DNA of 64,000 bases from positions 1,091-65,090 of the forward strand of contig JAAEPH010000312.1 of the NCBI GenBank assembly GCA_024232855.1, written 5' to 3'. Every line of letters starts with the position of its first letter. The first letter of the stretch is position 1. The stretch is from Gammaproteobacteria bacterium. Lineage in GTDB: Bacteria > Pseudomonadota > Gammaproteobacteria > GCA-001735895. The notes beneath the pieces are model-generated. The model was not told the origin of the DNA and made no database searches. It saw only the letters and a program-made list of their open reading frames with translations. Below are positions 28,791 to 38,097 of this stretch, one piece after another. Position numbers and translations under genes: made by a program.

Positions 28791-29115
28791 ATCGCCGCCG
28801 GCGGCGACCTGGTGCGCCCCTTGCCTCAGGGAAATGCCCGAACTGGAACGCTTTTATCAGCAAAACAGGGCGCGTGCGCAAGTCTGGGGCGTCAGCTTCG
28901 AGGACGGCGACAAGGCGACCATACGGGCGTATGTCGATCGCCTCGGCGTCACTTTTCCCATCCTCGGCCACGGCCAGAACCCAATGACGGGTTACGGGGA
29001 GGTGAACGTGTTACCGACCACCTTCATCATCGACCCGGATGGCCTCTTCCGGCATCGATTCGAGGGCCCGATAACGGCCGACGACATCGTCACCGAGATT
29101 TCTCGCGCACGCTGA
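28693..29115 (+). pseudogene. Thioredoxin-fold (TlpA-like) domain fragment in the +1 frame relative to the TonB-like ORF, lacking beta1
   Basis: ...PPAATWCAPCLREMPELERFYQQNRARAQVWGVSFEDGDKATIRAYVDRLGVTFPILGHGQNPMTGYGEVNVLPTTFIIDPDGLFRHRFEGPI... CXXC and the downstream Trx elements are present. The preceding VLVNFW strand is absent in every frame. Confidence 0.5.
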
Positions 29116-29160
29116 AGCAAAGAAGCGGTACGTTCGGGATCGACCTGGTGTCGGAAGCGG

Positions 29161-29228
29161 TTAACCCGCATCGCTCACCGATTTTCTATTGCGGACGCCG
29201 TAAAACGGTGAGCGATGCGGGTTAATCC
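29161..29228. terminator. Long perfect hairpin (20-bp stem, about 28-nt loop) between convergent genes
   Basis: ttaacccgcatcgctcaccg ... cggtgagcgatgcgggttaa. Confidence 0.45.
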
Positions 29229-29983
29229 ACCAGGATAACCGGGCAACGCAGCATGCCCAGGATAAGCCACAAATCCTCGGCATTTTCGCGCCTGGATATA
29301 ATCGCGTAATCGAAAGCGGAACCCACCTCGGAGAGACGCGCAAACAGCTGGTCACGGTTAAGCTCGATCAGCCGGACCTCGTTATCCCGATAGCGAATGC
29401 GCTGCGATTCTTCGGACGAAACTCCGCCCTCACGATTGCCATCGCAAAACGTCAATTCAGCCCTTTCGTGACCCGGTCGACGCAGCAGCATATCCAGGGC
29501 CTGCTGTTGATAGGGCGACTCGTTACCCAGCACCAGGATTTTGCGCGCGCCCGCTATCCGTCCGAATGGCAATCGATTCGACACCGGCCGGGCGAATATC
29601 GTGTAAGTCGCCTCCGCTTTCGGCATCGAGCCGATGTCGCGTACCCGACCACGAACAGTCTCGCAACTCCATGCCACCTTTAGCGCCTGGGCCTCACGTT
29701 GCAGGGTCTGCTCGAACTGGCGAGCGACCAGTTGCAGGGATCGCTGCACCTGGTCGATACTCAGGGGTCGTTCAGTTGCCGTGGTCAGGGTGATTTCGCG
29801 GGAACAGGGTAAGCCGGTGACCTGCAGCAAGTCTTCATCCTCGATAAACAAACCCTGCAGCAGCGTATTCGTCGAAGCGGCCATCGCCACCGCGAGACTA
29901 ACGGTGGTGACGGAGTAACTCCCCGCGTCAGCCGCCAGCAACACCTTGTGCTTCCCGCCGTTATTCGACTGGCCTGTCGTCAT
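29222..29983 (-). CDS. Hypothetical protein, possibly a tandem USP-like (adenine-nucleotide alpha-hydrolase-fold) protein
   Basis: Two segments resemble USP N-termini (KVLLAADAGSYS.., ARKILVLGNESPYQQQALD..) and the C-terminus CPVILVD. Weak pattern recognition only. The gene overlaps the upstream Lon-like protease gene by 4 nt. Confidence 0.45.
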   Translation of the reverse strand: MTTGQSNNGGKHKVLLAADAGSYSVTTVSLAVAMAASTNTLLQGLFIEDEDLLQVTGLPCSREITLTTATERPLSIDQVQRSLQLVARQFEQTLQREAQALKVAWSCETVRGRVRDIGSMPKAEATYTIFARPVSNRLPFGRIAGARKILVLGNESPYQQQALDMLLRRPGHERAELTFCDGNREGGVSSEESQRIRYRDNEVRLIELNRDQLFARLSEVGSAFDYAIISRRENAEDLWLILGMLRCPVILVD

Positions 29984-32403
29984 GACTTTTTGTTCCCTGC
30001 CGACTTTGAAACCTGTCGCTGCAGCTTCTGCAGTTTTTCGATGCGTTTTTGTATTCGGTAATTGAAGCTTTTACGCGGGTAATTACCCCTGGAATTAACC
30101 GCACCCGGTGGCAAACCCGACAGTAACTGCATCACTTCCTCTACGCGTTCGACCGGGTAAACATCAAATTCACCCTCTTTAACCGCCTCGCGAACGTCCT
30201 TGTGCAACATCAGGTGTGCGCGGTTCGCCGCCGGGATGATGACACCCTGATCTCCGCTCAGCCCACGAGCGTCGCAAAGTTCGAAAAAGCCCTCGATTTT
30301 CTCGTTTACGCCGCCGACTGCCTGGATCTCACCGAGTTGATTGATCGAGCCGGTAACAGCCAGCGACTGTCGCAACGGAACCTCGCCGATTGCGGACAGC
30401 AATGCGCACAACTCGGCCGCTGATGCACTATCGCCGTCGACCATGCCGTACGACTGTTCGAAGGCAAGGCTCGCGGCCAGCGGTAGCGGCTGATCCGAGG
30501 CATAGCGACCAGCCAGGTAGGACGACAGAATCATGACCCCCTTGGAATGAATCTCGCCGCCCAGTTTTGCCTCGCGCTCGATATCGACGATGCCGCTACG
30601 CCCGAGCCTGGCGGTGGCGGTAATCCGCGAAGCCTGGCCAAAGCGATAACCGGCAGCTTCCAGAACCGACAACGCATTGACCTGCGCCACCCTGGCGCCC
30701 TCGGTATCGATCAGCCTGATTCCTCGCAGAACCTGCTCCTGCAACAGTTCACGATACTGATCCTGGCGATGTTGTCGCTTCGCGATGGCCAACTCGATAT
30801 CGGCAAGTTCGATCACTTCCCGATCGCCCTTCCCTGCCCAGTAATCAGCCTCGCTCAGCAGGTCGCGCATGTCGTCCAGCCGCAGCGAGAGCCGCTCGCC
30901 ATCGCCTGCCGTGCGCGATGCTTCCTCAATCACTCTTCCAACACTGGCCTTATCCAGCGGCCGCGCGCCACGATCCCGTTGCAGCGCCGAAACCATGCGG
31001 GCATATTGCTGAACACTGCCGGCATCACGCCGGGTGCTACGGGCAAAATCCGCGGATACCTTGAACAGCTGATCGAACTCGTGATCATAGGTTCGTAGCA
31101 ATTGGTAGAGCCTGGGTTCACCGGTGAGGATAAGCTTGACATCGATCGGTATCGCTTCCGGTTCCAGCGACACCGTGTTGACCAGGCTTAACATTTGCTC
31201 GAGAGATTGAATTTTTAGTTCGCGGGATTTTAGCGCTCGTTTCAAGCCTTCCCAGGCAAATCCATGGGTCAGCAGTTTGTGGGCATCGAGGACCAGAAAA
31301 CCACCGTTGGCGCGATGCAGGGCGCCGGGCTTGATCAGGGTAAAATCGGTAATCAGTGTACCCATCTGGGATACGTATTCGACCCGTCCGATCAGGCTCT
31401 GGTAGCTGGGATTGTCCTCGAACACGATCGCCGGCCCTTCGCTATCGGAGTTATCGACGATGACATTGATGCTGTATGCGTGAAACTCGGCGACGCGGCT
31501 GGCGATATTATCGGCTTCACGGGTCCCCTCCGCGGGCAGAAAAGCATCGACATTCTTGATCGCATTTTCTTTTACCTCCGACAGGTATTCCATGATTTGC
31601 GGCTGATTCCGGTAACTGTTCTCCATCCAGGCGATGAGTTGTTCGACCGTGAGACGGGTAATTTCCTGGTTCAGCGCCTTGACGCGTTGATGATGTTCGC
31701 GTTCCACCAGCGGGATATCGCGGATAATGGCCTGCAAGTCCTGCTGCAGTTCCGCAATCAATTCCTCGATATGTTGCCTTTCTTCAGCCGATAGCTTTGC
31801 GAATTGCTGTTGATCGAGCGGCTTGCCGTCAGCCATCGGTCCCATCGTATAGCCGCCCGGAGTACGTATGACGATGATGCCCTTTTCCTCGGCTTCCCGA
31901 TCGAGATTGCGAAAAGCCTTCTCCTGGCGTTCCCGCAGTTCCTGCTCGATTTCCTGCCGACGATTGCGATACTCATCACTTTGAAATGACGAAGGCAGGG
32001 AAGTCAGCAAATCCTCGACCAGCGACTCCATATCGAGGCGCAATTTCTGTCCCATCCCCGGTGGCAACCTTAGTACACGGGGTTTTTGCGGATTGGAAAA
32101 ATTGTTCACATAGCACCAGTCCCAACGGGAATCGGTATCTAGCGCACGCTGGGACAGAATCTGCTGGACCAGTTCCTGCTTGCCGAGGCCAGGGTCTCCT
32201 ACCACGAACAGATTAAATCCCTGCTGTTCGATATCCACCGCGAATTCAATCGCCTCGAGCGCACGCTCCTGTCCGAGCGGCTGCTCCAGCGGCTCGGTTT
32301 CCTGGGTGGTAGTGAAATCGAGCCATTTCAAGTCACAGGTCGTGTACAACGCCGTGTGCTTCAATGAAGGTATTTTTTTACTCATGGGTTCAGTTTCACG
32401 CAT
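29980..32403 (-). CDS. Lon-like serine protease with an N-terminal AAA+ (AAA_32-type) module carrying a degenerate Walker A (GDPGLGKQ) and a C-terminal S16 Lon proteolytic domain
   Basis: NLFVVGDPGLGKQELV is a Walker A without Ser/Thr after GK. C-terminal DGDSASAAELCALLSA (catalytic Ser region) and ...GGVNEKIEG (catalytic Lys region). Start at Met70 (32403) or Met76 (32385) of ORF 29980..32610. The N-terminal 70 codons of the track ORF are unlikely to be coding. Confidence 0.7.
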   Translation of the reverse strand: MRETEPMSKKIPSLKHTALYTTCDLKWLDFTTTQETEPLEQPLGQERALEAIEFAVDIEQQGFNLFVVGDPGLGKQELVQQILSQRALDTDSRWDWCYVNNFSNPQKPRVLRLPPGMGQKLRLDMESLVEDLLTSLPSSFQSDEYRNRRQEIEQELRERQEKAFRNLDREAEEKGIIVIRTPGGYTMGPMADGKPLDQQQFAKLSAEERQHIEELIAELQQDLQAIIRDIPLVEREHHQRVKALNQEITRLTVEQLIAWMENSYRNQPQIMEYLSEVKENAIKNVDAFLPAEGTREADNIASRVAEFHAYSINVIVDNSDSEGPAIVFEDNPSYQSLIGRVEYVSQMGTLITDFTLIKPGALHRANGGFLVLDAHKLLTHGFAWEGLKRALKSRELKIQSLEQMLSLVNTVSLEPEAIPIDVKLILTGEPRLYQLLRTYDHEFDQLFKVSADFARSTRRDAGSVQQYARMVSALQRDRGARPLDKASVGRVIEEASRTAGDGERLSLRLDDMRDLLSEADYWAGKGDREVIELADIELAIAKRQHRQDQYRELLQEQVLRGIRLIDTEGARVAQVNALSVLEAAGYRFGQASRITATARLGRSGIVDIEREAKLGGEIHSKGVMILSSYLAGRYASDQPLPLAASLAFEQSYGMVDGDSASAAELCALLSAIGEVPLRQSLAVTGSINQLGEIQAVGGVNEKIEGFFELCDARGLSGDQGVIIPAANRAHLMLHKDVREAVKEGEFDVYPVERVEEVMQLLSGLPPGAVNSRGNYPRKSFNYRIQKRIEKLQKLQRQVSKSAGNKKS

Positions 32404-32603
32404 CAGACCAACCGGAAACCGGACCTGAATCAATAAAATCGGAGATATTCCAGGCCCACCAACCGCCACCGATTCAAGGATCCCGATCGCGGAGACGGTA
32501 TCGCCGCCGGCGATCATGTGCCGCCATCTAGGCAAAAGCGTAATTGCACTTGCCACCACAGCCCTGTATACAGGATGAAAAGCTGGATACCCGGAGTGGT
32601 TGC

Positions 32604-34127
32604 ATGTCAAAACTGGTCAGCGCCGAGGAGGCGATCGCTAAAATCCCGGATCGGGCAACGCTGGCGACAGCCGGATTCGTCGGAATCGGCTTTCCCGAAG
32701 CGCTAGCGGTCAGCCTCGAGCAACGCTTTCTCGACAGCGCCACACCCACCGGCCTGACCCTGGTCTACGCCGCGGGCCAGGGTGACGGGGGTGAGCGCGG
32801 CCTCAATCATCTCGGCCACCGCGGGCTGGTAAAACGCGTCATTGGCGGTCACTGGGGACTGGTGCCAAAACTGGGCAAGCTGGCGCTGACTGATGATGTC
32901 GAAGCCTACAACCTGCCGCAGGGAGTGATCTCGCACCTGTACCGCGACATTGCAGCGGGTCGCCCCGGCGCCATCACCCGGGTCGGTCTGAAGACCTTCG
33001 TCGACCCCCGCGTGGACGGCGGTAAGCTCAACCAGAGTACCACCGAGGAGCTGGTCAGGCTCATCGAAATTGATGGCGAGGAGTACCTGTTCTACAAATC
33101 ATTTCCGATCGACGTGGCTTTCCTGCGCGGTACCACCGCGGACCCGTCGGGCAACATCACCATGGAACACGAGGCCCTGCCCCTCGAAGCGCTGGCCATC
33201 GCCCAGGCAACCCGCAACAGCGGCGGCCTCGTCATCGTTCAGGTCAAGCGCATCACCAGTCGTCACAGCCTGCCGCCAAGCCTGGTGCGCATCCCCGGCA
33301 TACTGGTCGACCAGGTGGTGCTGGCGCCGCAAGAACATCATCAGCAAACCTTTGGCGTGGATTACAATCCCGCATTCACCGGTGAGATCGAGCTGGCGCA
33401 ATCGTCGATCGCCAGTCTGCCGCTCAACGAGCGGAAAATTATCGGCCGCCGCGCCGCGCGCGATCTCAAGCCCGGGGCCGTGGTCAATCTCGGTATCGGC
33501 ATGCCCGAGACGGTCGCCGGCGTCGCCAGCGAAGAGGGCCGTCTGCAAAGCGTTACCCTGACTGTCGAGCCCGGCGGTATCGGCGGCATCCCCGCGTCCG
33601 GGCTCAACTTTGGCGCCGTGGCCAACGCCGCCGCGATCATCGATCAGCCCGCCCAGTTCGATTTCTACGATGGCGGCGGCCTCGACCAGGCGTTTCTCGG
33701 CATGGCCCAGGCCGACAGCACGGGCAACGTCAACGTCAGTCGCTTCGGCACCAGAACCGCCGGCGCCGGCGGATTTATCAATATTAGCCAGAACGCTCGG
33801 GAAGTCTTTTTCCTGGGCACCTTCACCAGCGGCGGCCTGCAAGTCGCCTGTGAAAACGGCGAGCTGAAGATCATCACCGAGGGTAAGATCGCCAAGTTCG
33901 TACCACAGGTCGAGCACCTCACATTCAGCGGGGAGTACGCCATCGAGCGCGGCCAGAAAATTCTCTACATCACCGAACGCGCCGTGTTCGAGCTCGACCG
34001 GGCAGGCCTGCGGTTGATCGAAATAGCACCGGGAATCGAGCTGGAACGCGACATCCTCGCCAACATGGGATTCACCCCGCTGATCGCCGATAATCTCGCT
34101 ACGATGGATGATTCACTGTTTCGATGA
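32604..34127 (+). CDS. Acyl-CoA:acetate/3-ketoacid CoA-transferase family protein (YdiF/propionate CoA-transferase-like, fused alpha-beta)
   Basis: Start at Met21 ([16 protein letters not shown]...) with the RBS ggag upstream. Both CoA-transferase subunit-like halves are fused in one polypeptide. Confidence 0.75.
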   Translation: MSKLVSAEEAIAKIPDRATLATAGFVGIGFPEALAVSLEQRFLDSATPTGLTLVYAAGQGDGGERGLNHLGHRGLVKRVIGGHWGLVPKLGKLALTDDVEAYNLPQGVISHLYRDIAAGRPGAITRVGLKTFVDPRVDGGKLNQSTTEELVRLIEIDGEEYLFYKSFPIDVAFLRGTTADPSGNITMEHEALPLEALAIAQATRNSGGLVIVQVKRITSRHSLPPSLVRIPGILVDQVVLAPQEHHQQTFGVDYNPAFTGEIELAQSSIASLPLNERKIIGRRAARDLKPGAVVNLGIGMPETVAGVASEEGRLQSVTLTVEPGGIGGIPASGLNFGAVANAAAIIDQPAQFDFYDGGGLDQAFLGMAQADSTGNVNVSRFGTRTAGAGGFINISQNAREVFFLGTFTSGGLQVACENGELKIITEGKIAKFVPQVEHLTFSGEYAIERGQKILYITERAVFELDRAGLRLIEIAPGIELERDILANMGFTPLIADNLATMDDSLFR

Positions 34128-34156
34128 TAATGCCACTTACTTAAGCCAAAACTATC

Positions 34157-34385
34157 GTCATTGCAGTCCGGGCCGCGCTCCCGGCGCGCCCGGCACTCGG
34201 GCATCCTGCCCTCGAGCGGGGCCCAGCCCATGAGCGCAGCGAATGCTTTGACTGCAGCGAATGCTTTGGCTGCAGCGAAGCGAAGCAATCTTTTTGCTTA
34301 AGATCAAGCATCTGGAGATTGCCGCGTCGCTGGCGCTCCTTTATGCCCTTTGGGTATTTATGCCCTTTGGGTATCGCAATGACAG
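34157..34385. repeat. MITE-like dispersed repeat, family C, copy 1, with terminal inverted repeats gtcattgca / tcgcaatgac
   Basis: Shares about 100 bp (ccagcgacgcggcaatctcc, aagattgcttcgct, cgagggcaggatgcccgagtgccggg...agcgcgg.ccgg..tgcaatgac) with 43481-43690 in the opposite orientation. Also contains a tandem 15-bp atgccctttgggtat x2. Confidence 0.55.
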
Positions 34386-34878
34386 CCGTTCGCTTTGAAA
34401 ATAAATCTGTCCCCTTTATTCGTCTCTCGCAAGACAGAAACGCCAAAGTCACAAGAGAAGCGCAACTGTAAGGGCCGAGACGCCCTGTACCTTAATCAGG
34501 GTCTCGCCCGAATCGATGTCGACGATCCTCTGGAGAAATCCCAAAATCCTGAAAACGATACGCGAGATCAGCGAAGAGAGGGTAAGCGTTCGTCCCAGGG
34601 CCACGGACAAATTGCGGGCATATAAACCCCAAAAAATTCAAAAGCAGAAGAAAAATTAAAGTGACAACCCCAAAAAGGAGACAGGTCTATTTAACCCAAA
34701 ATCCTCAGTTGAATCTACTGCGGTCGTATCGCTGCGCGACATTCACTAACATCGAATCGTGAACCGGCTAAGGCCGGGTACAGGTTTACAGCCTGTTAGG
34801 GATAGCGTGCGGTAAGTGCTTCGATGGGGACAGACTAAAGTCTATCCCCGAGGGTTCACTCCGTGAAATTCCCCGGGG

Positions 34879-34906
34879 CAAAAAAAAGCCCCGCAAAAGC
34901 GGGGCC
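34879..34906 (-). terminator. Rho-independent terminator of groEL
   Basis: gccccgcaaaagcggggc hairpin. A 9-T tract follows on the minus strand (the + strand shows aaaaaaaa before the stem). Confidence 0.8.
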
Positions 34907-35071
34907 TTCTTTATGACTCATGGAAACGTTCAGAGTAACTGAAGGTTTCTGGCGTCGCGAGCACCGCAGCTGCAAGGCGGGCTTTGGCGAGAAGGCGTGA
35001 GCGTACCCCAGGTACGCGATCGTCTCGAGCCGAAACCCAACGCCGCAGATGCGGGGCGCAGCAGCCAGAAA

Positions 35072-36727
<1,656 letters not shown>

Positions 36728-36749
36728 TTAACCTCTTTATATATCCGAA

Positions 36750-37037
36750 TTATTCAACAATCGCGATGATGTCATCTTCGCGCATGATCAGCAGTTCTTC
36801 GCCGTCGACCTTGATTTCGGTGCCGGAGTACTTGCCGAAGTAAACGGTGTCACCCACCTTTACATCCAGCGCGCGCACGTCGCCCGAATCGGTGACTTTT
36901 CCATTACCAGCCGCGAGAATTTCACCCATGCTGGGCTTTTCAGTGGCGGAATCGGGAATTACGATACCACCCGCGGTGGTACGCTCTTCTTCCTTGCGCC
37001 TGACGATTACTCGATCATGCAGGGGACGAATATTCAT
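36750..37037 (-). CDS. groS: Co-chaperonin GroES (10 kDa)
   Basis: [14 protein letters not shown]... start at Met14 of ORF 36750..37076. 96 aa. Confidence 0.95.
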   Translation of the reverse strand: MNIRPLHDRVIVRRKEEERTTAGGIVIPDSATEKPSMGEILAAGNGKVTDSGDVRALDVKVGDTVYFGKYSGTEIKVDGEELLIMREDDIIAIVE

Positions 37038-37110
37038 TGTTGCTACACTCCGTAATATTGTTGATGTTTTTGCCACCCACCCGGGATGGACCTGTAAAAT
37101 CAGCTGCGAA

Positions 37111-37137
37111 TTAGCACTCGCACCTTGAGAGTGCTAA
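37111..37137 (-). promoter_or_regulatory. CIRCE operator (HrcA binding site) in the groES leader
   Basis: ttagcactc-N9-gagtgctaa, a perfect match to the CIRCE consensus TTAGCACTC-N9-GAGTGCTAA. It lies immediately downstream of the sigma70-like ttgact-N16-tattat. Confidence 0.8.
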
Positions 37138-37167
37138 TAATATTCAGCGCTTTTTCGTAGTCAAGCA

Positions 37168-37195
37168 AAATGGGGAGGAAATTGAGACTTTCAAG
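37168..37195 (-). promoter_or_regulatory. Sigma32 heat-shock promoter for groESL
   Basis: The minus strand reads cttgaaa-N13-ccccattt, matching the sigma32 consensus CTTGAAA-N13-15-CCCCATNT. Confidence 0.7.
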
Positions 37196-37240
37196 CGGGA
37201 TACTGGCAAAAATCGACGATTTCGGGAATTTTTGCCGAAA

Positions 37241-37675
37241 TTAATCGTCGCGGTGGTACTTTACGCCGTTGATCACATTGCCATCATGCCCGCGCCGAGC
37301 CTGGCCCTTAATCGTCGTCGACACCACCATGCGCGATGCCACCAGACTGACCAGCCAGATGCGGGTCGGCGGGAACAGCAGAAAAAAACCAATGGCATCG
37401 GTGAAGAAACCCGGGGTCAGCAGTAATGCCCCGGCAACGAGGAGACCCATGCCTTCGAGTATTTCGCGCGCCGGCAGCTCGTTTTCCTGTAACTTGTGCT
37501 GCGCCCGGGTCAGGGTTGACAGGCCCTGTATCCTCAGCAGCCAGACGCCAATCACGGCGGTCAACACCACCAGCATGATGGTCCAGCCCGCACCGATGAC
37601 CTGACCTACCTGGATTAACAGGTAAATCTCGATGATTGGCACCGCCAGAAAGAAAGTTGCGATCAGCGGAAACAT
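37241..37675 (-). CDS. fxsA: FxsA-family cytoplasmic membrane protein
   Basis: MFPLIATFFLAVPIIEIYLLIQVG... typical FxsA. Adjacent to groES, as in E. coli. Confidence 0.8.
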   Translation of the reverse strand: MFPLIATFFLAVPIIEIYLLIQVGQVIGAGWTIMLVVLTAVIGVWLLRIQGLSTLTRAQHKLQENELPAREILEGMGLLVAGALLLTPGFFTDAIGFFLLFPPTRIWLVSLVASRMVVSTTIKGQARRGHDGNVINGVKYHRDD

Positions 37676-38097
37676 GAGGCTAACAAACGGTTAACATTGC
37701 TACGTCTAGAATTGGAGGTATTACCAGAGTGATACTGCACTTTGCCATATATGTGGTTAGCATACCAATGTTTCAACCGTCGCCATGGAAAAACTGATGC
37801 CGCAATCCTGCCTGGCCCGATCTCGACGGCGCAAGACTGCAGGCGCGGCGCCGGGTGCAAAATAAACTGGCGGCAAGTGTAAACATTTTGCCGCAAATGG
37901 ACTCTATAATACGTTTGGGAAGGAGAACCGCGCAGCGGCAGGGAGCACAAGATGTTCATCAAGACCAACGCAAAAAGGCTCGAAGCGCTGCAGCGCGATA
38001 TCGAATCCGCTCACCCTTATGCCGTGGCGGAGATATTGCAGGTTAAGATAGACCCTGGCAACCGCGAATACCTGGACTGGATAAAGCTTTCAACGCA

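Noticed and set aside
32404-32610. N-terminal 69-75 codons of the Lon-like protease ORF
   Set aside because: Homologous Lon-like proteases start near MSKKIPSL. The upstream extension is not protein-like.
33965-34288. ORFs 33965..34288 (-) and 43486..43677 (+) sharing the peptide LEGRMPECR..RGP.CND
   Set aside because: The shared peptide arises from the family-C DNA repeat read in the same relative frame. There is no gene-like context.
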